This document shows positions 1 through 9,443 of a stretch of 64,000 bases of DNA, piece by piece. The stretch comes from an uncultured Methanoregulaceae archaeon (lineage in GTDB: Archaea > Halobacteriota > Methanomicrobia > Methanomicrobiales > Methanospirillaceae): assembly GCA_963730355.1 (NCBI GenBank), contig CAVSRL010000007.1, forward strand, positions 23,517 through 87,516, written 5' to 3'. The notes under the pieces were generated by a model. That model saw only the letters and a program-made list of their open reading frames with translations. It had not been told where the DNA came from and did no database searches. Position 1 is the first letter of the stretch; each line of letters begins with the position of its first letter. The position numbers and the translations under genes are program-made.

Positions 1-122
1 GGTTGCAGCGGTACGGACGCGCCGCAACACCTGACTCCGCCGCCCCGGAACCTCAATTCTTATACCTGCATCCATCCTTGAGGTAAATGCTGAGGGTACC
101 ATGACGATCACGGAGAGAGCCG

Positions 123-1589
123 ATGGCTGAAGGACTGCTGACATGGGAGACCGTTGTCTCCGTCATATCGCTGGTGAATATCCTGTTCATCATCATCGTC
201 GTCTTCTACGAGCGGAAAGACCCGAGTGCCACCCTGGCCTGGGTCATGGCCCTCGTGATCTTTCCCGTCCTGGGTTTCATCCTGTACCTCTTTCTCGGAC
301 AGTCGTTCAGCAAGCAGAAGATGTTCCGGATAAAGAAGGAGAAGGACCAGAGACTGCAGGAGCTCATCCAGTCGCAGATCTCGGAGCTGCAGAGAGAGGG
401 CATCCCCATCCAGGCCGGCGAGCGGCTCCCCGAGGGGCTCCAGAGCATGATCCTGCTCCTCCTCCAGAATAACGGTGCGTTCCTCACGTCGAACAACCGG
501 GTCAGGGTCTTTGTCGACGGCAAGGAGAAGTTCGCGTCCCTGCTCGCCGACATCCGCGAGGCGACCGACTTCGTCCACCTGGAGTACTTCATCTGGAAGG
601 ACGACGGGATCGGCAACGATATGCGGGTCGCGCTCACCGAGCGCGCCCGCGCCGGTGTCGAGGTCCGCCTCCTCTGCGACGGGCTGGGGTGCGCCGCCCT
701 GCCCCGGCACTTCTTCGACGAGTTCCGGTCGGCCGGCGGGAAGGTGGCGTTCTTCTTCCCGTCGTACCTGCGGTACCTGAACCCCCGGTACAACTACCGG
801 AACCACCGGAAGATCGCGGTCATCGACGGGAAGACCTGCTATATCGGCGGCTACAACATCGGAGACGACTATCTGGGCCTGGACCCGGTCTGGGGCTACT
901 GGCGGGACTGCGCGGTCCGGATACAGGGAGATGCGATCCTCGCCGCCCAGATCCGGTTCGTGCTGGACTGGAACTATGCGGCACAGGAGGATCAGCTGGA
1001 GCCGGAGCCCCGGTACTTCCCCCGCAGCCCCGATCTCCCGGGGACGCCCATTCAGGTCGTCTCGGGCGGGCCGGACACCGCGTTCAACCCGGTGAAGGAG
1101 GAGTACCTCAAGATGATCGCGCTCGCGCGGAAGACGGTGTACCTGCAGACGCCGTACTTCATCCCGGACGAGAGCGTGATCGACGCCCTCCGCATGGCCG
1201 CACTCTCGGGAGTCGACGTCCGGATCATGATGCCCGACCGGCCGGACCACCCGTTCGTGTACTGGGCGGGGATGTCGTACATCAGGCAGCTCCTCGATAG
1301 CGGTGTCAAGGCCTACACCTACGACAACGGCTTCATTCACGCGAAGACTATCGTCATCGACGAGCTGGCCGCATCCGTGGGGAGCGCGAACTGGGACGTG
1401 CGGAGCTTCCGCCTCAACTTCGAGACCAACGCGGTGATGTACGACGCCTCGATTGCGAGGGAACTGACGGAGGCGTTCATCAGGGACCTCGACGTCTGCA
1501 CCCCGATCACCCTCGAGCGGCTCGACGCCCTCCCCTGGGACAAGAAGGTCCGGCAGTCGATCGCCCGGCTCTTCTCCCCCATGCTCTGA
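123..1589 (+). CDS. cls: Cardiolipin synthase (phospholipase D superfamily)
   Basis: Intact 488-aa ORF. Two N-terminal TM helices and two HKD motifs (NHRKIAVIDG, IHAKTIVIDE). Confidence 0.9.
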   Translation: MAEGLLTWETVVSVISLVNILFIIIVVFYERKDPSATLAWVMALVIFPVLGFILYLFLGQSFSKQKMFRIKKEKDQRLQELIQSQISELQREGIPIQAGERLPEGLQSMILLLLQNNGAFLTSNNRVRVFVDGKEKFASLLADIREATDFVHLEYFIWKDDGIGNDMRVALTERARAGVEVRLLCDGLGCAALPRHFFDEFRSAGGKVAFFFPSYLRYLNPRYNYRNHRKIAVIDGKTCYIGGYNIGDDYLGLDPVWGYWRDCAVRIQGDAILAAQIRFVLDWNYAAQEDQLEPEPRYFPRSPDLPGTPIQVVSGGPDTAFNPVKEEYLKMIALARKTVYLQTPYFIPDESVIDALRMAALSGVDVRIMMPDRPDHPFVYWAGMSYIRQLLDSGVKAYTYDNGFIHAKTIVIDELAASVGSANWDVRSFRLNFETNAVMYDASIARELTEAFIRDLDVCTPITLERLDALPWDKKVRQSIARLFSPML

Positions 1590-1597
1590 GAGCGCCC

Positions 1598-1610
1598 TCT
1601 TTTTTCTCTC
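1598..1610 (+). terminator. Oligo-T tract downstream of cls
   Basis: ctcttttttctctc begins about 10 nt after the cls stop. Archaeal terminators are oligo-T runs. Confidence 0.4.
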
Positions 1611-1908
1611 GATTCGCTGACGAATGCCGGTCGTCCTCAACCCCGAGAACGACCCCCGATGGCCGGCCGGCGAACCCCCGGCTCCCGACGAGCGGAGCAC
1701 GTCGTTCGGCCTCGCTCCTGCATCCCCGGCAGTACTACGAGGTGTTCGACGATAACGGCAAGTGCCGCTCCGACTTCGCCGTTCACGTCGCCACACGTTC
1801 CGTCGGGATCACGATCGCTCCGACGGCAGCGCCCTCGGGGGGCTGTACCGTTGCCCTGGCGGCATCTTGATATTTTCAATGAGCGACGGTACTCTATGGT
1901 TGTAAACA

Positions 1909-2574
1909 ATGATTGATCGTTCACCCGGCATGATCCTGGCGTATATCACGCAGATCGCTGTCGCCTTCAACGTCCTGCTCGCCCTGCTCTTCAAGCCCTC
2001 GGACTTCGTCATCGGCGCGATTCTGTTCCTGCTGGGCATGGTCATCTACGTGGTGGCCTGGCAGACGAAGATCAAGTTCCCGTGGTTCGTGTACTTCCTG
2101 ATCTCGCTGGCCCTGCTGATCCATACCTCGGGCTACATCCAGGAACGGTACATCACGTACGAGAACTGGGACATGCTCGCGCACCTGGTATCGGGCACCA
2201 TCGTGGCCCTGCTCGGGTTCCTCTTGGTCCTGTACCTCGACAAGACCAGGAAGTACAACCTCGACCCCCCCTTCATCGCGCTCTTCATCGTCTTCTTCGG
2301 GATGGCCATGGAGTTCCTCTGGGAGGTCTGGGAGTTCTTCGTCGACACCTTCTTCGGCGGCTCCCTTGCCGGGCCGATGCAGGGCGGCAACACCGACACC
2401 ATGACCGACATGATCTTCGTCCTCATCGCCTCGATCATCGTCGGAGTGATCTGCTACTCTTACCTGAAGCGGAACACCAAGGAGGCGGTCGTCCACGAGA
2501 TGGTCAAGGACAGCCCGTACTTCCCCGCCGAGAACCCGGTCTCCCCCGCCATTGGTGAGCGCGCGGGAGCGTGA
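1909..2574 (+). CDS. Polytopic membrane protein, function unknown
   Basis: Intact 221-aa ORF with about 6 hydrophobic helices and strong G/C third-codon bias. No motif I can name with confidence. Confidence 0.6.
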   Translation: MIDRSPGMILAYITQIAVAFNVLLALLFKPSDFVIGAILFLLGMVIYVVAWQTKIKFPWFVYFLISLALLIHTSGYIQERYITYENWDMLAHLVSGTIVALLGFLLVLYLDKTRKYNLDPPFIALFIVFFGMAMEFLWEVWEFFVDTFFGGSLAGPMQGGNTDTMTDMIFVLIASIIVGVICYSYLKRNTKEAVVHEMVKDSPYFPAENPVSPAIGERAGA

Positions 2575-2891
2575 GAACGGGTCGCCCGCCGGCCCCTGCC
2601 GCACACTGCCGGGGTAACACCCGGCAGTCCCCCCTCTTCTGCTTCCGGTTCCCGGTCGCGTCTCCGGCAGACAGCCGATACCGCTGGACCGATCGCAGGA
2701 GAACGGCCTCAACGGGACCCTGACGGTGCAAGGTGAACGGTCAGGAATGACGGAGCTACGGGCCACGCGAGCTCGCGTCGACGATGAGGGCGGGATCGAG
2801 GTGGTGCGGATCTCGCAACTTGCCGGGTCGACGCGGACATACCCTATCTCCCCCTTCTTTTGTCGGCCACGGCAGACCAGGATGAGGAGGG

Positions 2892-3059
2892 ATGTACGAC
2901 GACATCAACAGCATCGATCGTATGGACTTCGCGGAGGTCGGGGGGTTGTTCAATACTCTCGACGCGATCGCAACCGATGACGACTGGTTTTGCCTCGACA
3001 TCGACGGCAACGGGCGGATCGACTTCGCCGACGTCGTCTGGCCCTTCAACCGCCTTTAA
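2892..3059 (+). CDS. Small (55 aa) protein with two dockerin/EF-hand-like Ca-binding repeats
   Basis: Hand-translated; below the 60-aa cutoff of the ORF track. The ATG is preceded by aggaggg, with an in-frame TGA at 2883. Repeats are DINSIDRMDFAEV and DIDGNGRIDFADVV. Confidence 0.4.
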   Translation: MYDDINSIDRMDFAEVGGLFNTLDAIATDDDWFCLDIDGNGRIDFADVVWPFNRL

Positions 3060-3293
3060 TCCATCTCTCGAACCCGGATCGATATCCCAGGTACGTCGCC
3101 GATACCATTCCTCGATCCACGCACTGCTGCCGAGCGTGCACGGCATCGGGGGCTGCATCGATCCGAAGACCTCAACCATTACACAAGATGTGTTCTTAAG
3201 GGGGCGGTCGAGGCAATCGCGATAGATTTTGCACCGGCATGCGCGCAGGACGAGCAAGCCATGGCAAATGATACCGCTGGTTGAAATCATTGA

Positions 3294-3377
3294 GAGAATT
3301 AGAAGTCATTTTGGCCCCCTCTCGGTTTGGGAACCCCTACATTTTCTCCTATAAGCCGTTGGAGGGAATAGGGATGG
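3294..3377. repeat. Repeat B copy 1, followed by a 15-nt duplicate of the tRNA-Thr 3' end
   Basis: 3294-3350 matches 4875-4932 with a few mismatches. gccgttggagggaat at 3355-3369 is identical to 7951-7965, the 3' end of tRNA-Thr. It is followed by aatagggatgg, which also occurs at 4857-4866 and 7881-7891. Confidence 0.6.
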
Positions 3378-3545
3378 CTATGGTTAGATTCCCTCGGCTT
3401 TGCTATTAAACAGAGACATCAATGTACCCACTCAAATGCGAACGGCGAATATGCCGTCATCTCACTTCCCGAAGAAAACGGGGGAGCCAGAGGAGGGAAA
3501 ATCTGTCCTCGCGTAAGCCCCTCAGGATAGCGCACCCGGCGCCGG

Positions 3546-4094
3546 TTACAGGGCGCTCGGTCCCGCGTCCCGAACCCTGACCTGGATCTTCATGCCGGTG
3601 ATCTTCCGGTAGATCCTCCGCTTCCTCCTCAACTGACGGTATTCGTACATGAAGTACTCGTACGTATGCCAGACGGTCACCCAGTTCAGGATGGTGATCA
3701 GACCGCCGAGAAGCAGAACGACCGGATTTTCGAAATCCAGATCCAGGTAAAAGACAAAGAGGATCGCGACGGTCGCGTTGAACGCGGCAATAATGATACT
3801 GATCTCTCCTTCCGACAGGGACAATCGCTTCTCGTGGTCCAGATCGTTCAACCGGAATGCGAAGTGGCGTCGAATGGTATCGGGAATGCGGGCGAGCAGG
3901 TCCCCGGTAACGGAGGCCTGCGGCAGGGAGACGGTCAGCTCCACCGGCCGTCTGACCGTGAACTCATCGACGTATCCCGCGATCGTCTCCTCGGCCAGTT
4001 CGGTCAGCTCCTTCTCCGGGAGGGGGGAGGGGTCCTCGGGATCGAGGAGCTCGCTCCAAGGCCTTGAACTCAAGGTCCAGATTGATCGTCCCAC
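3546..4094 (-). CDS. Membrane protein, function unknown
   Basis: 182-aa ORF with a soluble N-terminal part and two C-terminal TM helices. A protein-like frame continues upstream to about 4245 in another frame, so the 5' end may be truncated by a frame break. Confidence 0.5.
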   Translation of the reverse strand: MGRSIWTLSSRPWSELLDPEDPSPLPEKELTELAEETIAGYVDEFTVRRPVELTVSLPQASVTGDLLARIPDTIRRHFAFRLNDLDHEKRLSLSEGEISIIIAAFNATVAILFVFYLDLDFENPVVLLLGGLITILNWVTVWHTYEYFMYEYRQLRRKRRIYRKITGMKIQVRVRDAGPSAL

Positions 4095-4743
4095 CCGACT
4101 CCGATCTCTTCACAGCGATCTCTCTCATCGACGCGTCCTCCGCGATCCCGAGGTCTCGGTCCAGATCTGCCGGATGTTCATGGCTGATGTCACCGTCTTG
4201 CTGTAAATGGATAAACAGTATCGCCGGGAGAGCGGCGCACCGCATTCGAGGGGGGCCTGTGGTGGCCGGCCGGAGACCTGCAGGGTCGATCCGTCTGCGT
4301 CCGCCCGATCCTTTCCGTAGACGGGGATCCTTCGGGATATCTCTCCAACCCCGACGGTGTCAGCTCGCCATCCGGTCGATTGCAGCCGTGATCGCAAGGA
4401 CAAGCGCGTCGTCCTGTCCCGGGGCGATCTCCACCCCAGGCGTCGCGCCAGGCCTGTGATAGCGGGCGACGCTCGTCTTTCCAAGAAATATGGAAAAGGT
4501 TGAGGGTTCGCAGGAACCCGCGATTATGCCGTCTGGAGCTGCTCTGCCGCGTCGGCGCCCTGGGCAAGGGCCGCGCCGTCATCTCCTCCGTAATCCTGCT
4601 GATCGATGACTGGGTTCCTGCCGAGACTATCGACTCGCCAAAATTTCGCCTGCCTGCCACGCCCCCGGCTCGATCCGCAGACGTCGCCTCGTCCGGAGAA
4701 ATTATTGGCGGCAAGTACTCCGGCGCCGTGCGGGATCATCGCG

Positions 4744-4932
4744 CACGGATTTAAACCAGGAAGTCGTGGAATCCGGGCTGAGGAATCGGCGATCGTATCG
4801 GCATGGTGCCCGCTCGCGCCCCCGACGCGACGACCGCAGGACCGATGCCCGGTAGTAATAGGGATTAAATTCCCGAGAAAGATTAGAGGTCAAGTTGGGT
4901 CCCTTCTGGTTTGGGAGCCCTGCATTTTCTCC
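4744..4932. repeat. Composite repeat: A copy 1 joined to B copy 2
   Basis: cacggatttaa...aatccgggctgaggaatcggcgat (4744-4796) and aatagggatt (4857-4866) match 7785-7891. 4875-4932 matches 3294-3350. Confidence 0.6.
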
Positions 4933-5110
4933 TTCATGCTGCGGGCGGGCTTCCGGACCGTGGGTATGGAGCCCCAGGCACGTTCGCACATCACTCCCCC
5001 ATCGCGTCCGTAGAGCGCTTCGTGGGTCCGACCGCGAAGCAGTACATTTTTTGTGGCACGCTCGTCCATTAGAACGATTATCGAAAGACAGCGTGACAAG
5101 GTGCTTGCTC

Positions 5111-6316
5111 ATGGAAAACAGAGATGGTAAAGATATGAAATCGATCGACTCCGGGTCCATGTCCCTGCCGGCGCCGGCATTCGCGGGCGGAACGAAGGCG
5201 ATCACCATGACCCCGGTTGTCGGCGCGCCGCGACGGGAGTACGCCGGGATGTTCGTCCCCGGTGAAGAGCCGCTCGAGGACGGCGAGATGCGCGTGACGG
5301 TGCTCGGGAGCGGCAATCCCTGGGTGACGCGCGGCCAGGCCTCGGCCAGCATCCTCGTCGAGGTCGGCAACGCCGAGCGCGACCTCCTGGTCTTCGACCT
5401 CGGGAGCGGCTCCCTCGCGAACTTTGCGAGTCTGAAGCTGCCGGTCAACAGGCTCAACAAGGTCTTCCTGACCCACCTGCACGCCGACCATATGGGCGAC
5501 CTCATCACGCTCTCCGGGAGCTTCTCGAAGATAGGCCGGGCGGACGGACCGGTCTACGTGTGGGGGCCCAGCGGAACCGAGCCCCGCCTGGGCACGCGGC
5601 ACTTCGTCGAGTCGATCCAGGAAGCGCTCGCGTGGGACACCGTGGCCGGGCACGGCGCCATCAACCCGGACAGCATGAGGCTCGTGGCATCCGAGTTCGA
5701 CTTCAGCCAGACCGGGGTGGTCTACGAGGAGAACGGCGTGAAGGTGACGTCGTTTCCCGTCGTCCACGCGGCGAGCGGCGCTGTCGGCTATCGCATCGAT
5801 TTCGCCGGCCTGTCGTTCGTCTTCTCGGGAGATGCCCGAGCGTGCTGGCCGCTCGTGCGTGCGTGCGACGGCGGCGTCGACCTGCTCATCCACGAGTGCT
5901 TCCCGCCGGCTGCGGCGCTCGCGGCCGCGTCGGGCCTCTCCATCGAGCGGGCGACGATGGCGCTCAATGCCGCCCACACCTCGCCGCGGGCTGCTGGAAA
6001 GGTCTTCGGGCTCGTGAGGCCGCGCATGGCCGGCCTCTGGCATACGCTCCTCCTGCCCCAGGTCATCCCACTGATCTTCTCGGAGCTCGGCGCGGTGTAC
6101 GACGGCCCCGTCGTCCAGACCCAGGACCTGACGGTAATCAACGTGACGAAGGAAGCCGTGGTCGCCCGCCAGGCACAGGTGGTGGACGAGTTGCCGCCGA
6201 TCCCGGGCGAGCAGCGTGTCGCCTACACGCCCGTCGAGCCGGCGCCTCCCGATTGGTGGGCAGAGGCACTTATCCCGCTCGACGACGTTCCAGCATCCGC
6301 CGTACGGAACGTATGA
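5111..6316 (+). CDS. MBL-fold metallo-hydrolase (RNase Z / beta-lactamase-like)
   Basis: HxHxDH motif (THLHADHMGD) in a typical MBL context. ATG 5111 or 5135 is preferred over the TTG 4895 of the track ORF, whose first 72 codons lie over repeat B. Confidence 0.8.
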   Translation: MENRDGKDMKSIDSGSMSLPAPAFAGGTKAITMTPVVGAPRREYAGMFVPGEEPLEDGEMRVTVLGSGNPWVTRGQASASILVEVGNAERDLLVFDLGSGSLANFASLKLPVNRLNKVFLTHLHADHMGDLITLSGSFSKIGRADGPVYVWGPSGTEPRLGTRHFVESIQEALAWDTVAGHGAINPDSMRLVASEFDFSQTGVVYEENGVKVTSFPVVHAASGAVGYRIDFAGLSFVFSGDARACWPLVRACDGGVDLLIHECFPPAAALAAASGLSIERATMALNAAHTSPRAAGKVFGLVRPRMAGLWHTLLLPQVIPLIFSELGAVYDGPVVQTQDLTVINVTKEAVVARQAQVVDELPPIPGEQRVAYTPVEPAPPDWWAEALIPLDDVPASAVRNV

Positions 6317-6633
6317 GGAGATCCCTGGGAAAAATCTGGAGGGACGGTAGAACCGGTGCATCACGAACACGATGCACTCCGCAGGGAAGTCCGATCGATA
6401 GGGCGAAAACCATCTCATGTGTCTTCGCCTTGAGTTGCCACCGGAGTTTGTTGGTATTGACCGGTGGCCCGGGAGAGGGGCGCGAACGGCGACGATCAAC
6501 AGCGAGGGCCAAGGGGGAGGGGGCGATGCCGTCCGAAGAGGCGATTGTGGGCCGTCATCCGGCGATCAGTCCGTGACGAGGTATAAATCGGATGCACCCT
6601 CGCGGACAAAGCAGATGACGGAGATGGACGGCG

Positions 6634-7344
6634 ATGACGGCGGTGAATGAATCCACGCCCGAAGAACGAATGAACCTTGCACGGCAACGGCTCAAAGCAC
6701 CCCGCTCGGCGGCGATTGCCGGCATCGTGTTCGCCCTCCTGTACGGCTCGGCCATGACGCTCGTGGCCCTCGCGATCGGCGCCGACAACGTCGCTGCCGG
6801 CACCTGGCTGGATACCCACTCGAATAACCTTTCGTTCGCGATGCTGATGATCCCGTACGCCGGGATCGCGTTCCTCTGGTTCATCGGGGTGATCCGGGAC
6901 CAGCTGGGCGATGCCGAGGACCGTCTCTTCTCCACGGTCTTCCTGGGCAGCGGCCTTCTGTTCATGGCCCTCACGTTCATCGCCGCAGCCCAGGTGAGCG
7001 GCCTCCTCAGCAGCTATGCCCTTCTCTCGAACACGCTCATCGAGAGCGGCGTCTTCCTCTACGGCCGGTCGGTGATCTATCAGGTCCTCAACCTCTACGC
7101 GATCCGCATGGCGGGCGTCTTCATGATCACGCTGGGGACGATCTGGCTTCGGACGGGCGTGATGCGCCGCGCCTGGGCGATCCTGACCTATGTGCTGGCG
7201 CTGGTCCTGCTGCTCAGCATCGGTTTGTCCATCTGGGTGGTCCTGATCTTCCCGGCATGGGTGCTGTTGGTCAGCGTTATCGTGCTCGTCCGGAGCTTCA
7301 ACATCGGCTCGAAGGGGGCAGCTGTGGAGGCGGGAGCCGGCTGA
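6634..7344 (+). CDS. Polytopic membrane protein, function unknown
   Basis: Intact 236-aa ORF with about 6 TM helices and coding-type codon bias. Confidence 0.6.
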   Translation: MTAVNESTPEERMNLARQRLKAPRSAAIAGIVFALLYGSAMTLVALAIGADNVAAGTWLDTHSNNLSFAMLMIPYAGIAFLWFIGVIRDQLGDAEDRLFSTVFLGSGLLFMALTFIAAAQVSGLLSSYALLSNTLIESGVFLYGRSVIYQVLNLYAIRMAGVFMITLGTIWLRTGVMRRAWAILTYVLALVLLLSIGLSIWVVLIFPAWVLLVSVIVLVRSFNIGSKGAAVEAGAG

Positions 7345-7784
7345 TCCGCTCGAGAAGAGAGGCGTGGGGAAGAGATATTCACTCAGGGAGCTCAGGGAGA
7401 CGTCCACTCTCCGATGTCTCGGATTTCCTCTGGCTCCGAGTTTTTTTCCGTCCGCATGCCAGGAAGTGACGTGCTCTCCGACGACATTGCGCACCGGCGC
7501 CGCGGGACTGTCACGGGCGCTCATGGCGTGACTGTGCACCCGGGTCCACCGGGGTCAACGATCCTGGTCGGAGGAGCCCGTAGCTCAGCCCGCTTCGGCC
7601 CCACCTATCATGGTGGCCATCACTGCAGGAGTATCAACCGCGTCTCCGCAGGGAGGTCTCGGTGAGCGGTTAGAGCGAGGCCGGGACTCAAACGGGGACC
7701 GCAATCTTCCCGGTCATGAGCCCCGCAAGTAGCGCCTCCTTGTAGTAGATTATGGGTGGTTCGTACCATGGCGCAATCCGGGAT

Positions 7785-7891
7785 CACGGTTTAAGGCATT
7801 GAACCGAGAAGGTGTAAAATCCGGGCTGAGGAATTGGTGATAAATTCGACTTACTGCCGGTCTAAGCCTCTGTGCACGGCAATAGGATTGG
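7785..7891. repeat. Repeat A copy 2
   Basis: cacggtttaa...aatccgggctgaggaattggtgat...aataggattgg matches 4744-4866. It is followed by an AT-rich 60 nt and then tRNA-Thr. Confidence 0.6.
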
Positions 7892-7949
7892 TGAAAACTG
7901 ATTAAATAATAGTACTTGATAAATATAGATAGTTAAACATTTTTCCGAG

Positions 7950-8021
7950 AGCCGTTGGAGGGAATCGAACCCCCGACCTGTTGATTACGAATCAACCGCT
8001 ATACCGCTAAGCCACAACGGC
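7950..8021 (-). tRNA. tRNA-Thr (anticodon CGU)
   Basis: The reverse complement folds as a cloverleaf: acceptor GCCGTTG/CAACGGC, anticodon arm GTTGA-TTCGTAA-TCAAC, T arm GGGGG-TTCGATT-CCCTC. No encoded CCA. Confidence 0.9.
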
Positions 8022-8210
8022 GCGTGCGACCTCAATAAGTCTGCCCCGGAGACAGATAAAAGTAGTGACCTCGACCCGGTCGGACGCCCCCCCGTGCGTC
8101 CTGAAAGCCGTCGGGAAACGCCGTAACACCGCCGGGTCTTCCATCGGCGGGACACGAGGGATCGGCACGTTAATCCCCCCCATGACCGATACCAGTCCAG
8201 TGACTCTCCA

Positions 8211-8567
8211 ATGGCTGTACAAACGGTAAGGGTGAGGAGGATCGATCTGCTCGGCGCCGCCCTGCTCTCGACGGTGGCGTCCGCGATCGCCGGGCTGTTC
8301 ATCGGGATCCTCTTCCTGCTCTCGTCCCTCTTCCTGGGCTCGCTGGTGGCGGATATCCCCCTGATCGGCAGGGCGATCGCCGACCAGTGGACCTCGATGG
8401 GTGTCGTTGGGCTGATCGCGAGTCCAATCGTCTTCGCGATCCTCGGGTTCGTCGTCGGTGCCGTCACCGCGGTCTGCGTGAACGCAGTGCTGCCGAGGAT
8501 GGACGGACTCATGCTGGAGGCGGATCTCGACGTGGACACCACTCCTTTGGGCGGCGAAGAGAGGTAA
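8211..8567 (+). CDS. Small membrane protein, function unknown
   Basis: 118-aa ORF with three hydrophobic helices. Convergent with cooC. An imperfect inverted repeat (ccgtccggtaca / tgtaccgacgg, about 8627-8679) lies between them. Confidence 0.45.
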   Translation: MAVQTVRVRRIDLLGAALLSTVASAIAGLFIGILFLLSSLFLGSLVADIPLIGRAIADQWTSMGVVGLIASPIVFAILGFVVGAVTAVCVNAVLPRMDGLMLEADLDVDTTPLGGEER

Positions 8568-8695
8568 GGCGAGCGATCGCAGCGCGCTGTGTGGGTCGTC
8601 CGTGCCGCGAGGGTATCTGTTCGCCGTCCGGTACAGGCAAAAGGGCGGGAGACGGCCCACACCGTGTACCGACGGTCTCAAGGCAGGTGATCAAC

Positions 8696-9443
8696 TCAGC
8701 GAGCCATTCCGCGAATCCGCTCGGCGAGTCTCTCGATGGCCAGCCTTGCCGGGCTGTCGTCGGGGATCGTGACGATCGGCCGGCCCTCGAGGTCGGCCTC
8801 CTCGACGGCCGGGTCCGCCGGGACTTCGGCGATCAGCGGTACGGGCTCCCCACCGACATCGGCCGCGCCGGCCCGGACGCGGTTGACGACGAGATACATC
8901 CTCTCCTTCGGCAGTCCGAGCGAGAGCGCGATGTCGCGGATCCGGGTCGCGGTCCGCATGCCCCGCGCCCCCGGGTCCGAGACGATCAGCAGAAGGTCCG
9001 GCGTCCCGATCGTGCCGCGGGAGATGTGCTCCATCCCGGCCTCGGCGTCGATCACGATGAACCGGTACTCCGCCTGGAGGTCGGCCAGGCACTCGGAGAG
9101 GAGGTCGTTCGAGAAGCAGTAGCAGCCCGTCCCCTCGGGCCGGCCCATCGCGATCAGGTCCACGCCCGTCCCCTCGACCAGCACCTGGCGGAAGCGGAGC
9201 CGGACGTAGTCGTGGCGGGACATCCCGGCCGGGATCGCCTTCGTGAACGCCTCCTCGCGCATCGCGCCGAGGGACTCGGTCACCTCCATGCCGAGGGCCT
9301 CGTGGAGGTTCGCGTTCGGGTCCGCGTCGACGCCGAGGAGCGGGGTCTCGCCCATCCTCCTGAACGCGTCGATCAGGAGCGCGGCCGTCGTGGTCTTGCC
9401 CGTGCCGCCCTTGCCCGAGAGCGCGATCCGGAACGGGCGGCAT
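8696..9443 (-). CDS. cooC: CooC/AcsF-type Ni-insertion ATPase
   Basis: P-loop GKGGTGKTT and the CYC nickel motif (EGTGCYCFSN). ATG 9443-9441 overlaps the upstream stop (TGATG), but the body is in another frame. One extra C in a CCC run near 9435 separates them. Confidence 0.85.

Larger units (their letters stand above)
3355..7965. mobile_element. Candidate remnant of a tRNA-Thr-targeted integrated element (no integrase seen)
   Basis: Bounded by a direct 15-nt repeat of the tRNA 3' end. Contains AT-rich joints, internal A/B repeats, accessory-type cargo (membrane proteins, MBL hydrolase) and a 4100-4740 stretch with only broken reading frames. Confidence 0.35.

Noticed and set aside
108-1796. 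562-aa minus-strand ORF covering cls.
   Set aside because: It runs antisense to a gene with clear HKD motifs. The translation is Arg/Gly/Asp/Pro-rich low complexity, typical of GC-rich antisense frames.
1622-1908. Possible small gene between cls and the membrane protein (MPVVLNPENDPRWPAGEPP... / ...QYYEVFDDNGKCRSDFAVHV...).
   Set aside because: It needs at least one frame change and has no recognisable motif or ribosome-binding site, so I cannot support it.
3060-3290. Minus-strand ORF 2844-3290 (148 aa).
   Set aside because: Its distal half is antisense to the dockerin-like ORF and the remainder has no motif. Coding potential is unclear.
4895-5110. TTG-initiated 72-codon N-terminal extension of the MBL hydrolase ORF.
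   Set aside because: It lies over repeat B and a lower-GC spacer and is not MBL-like. ATG 5111 or 5135 gives a normal-length enzyme.
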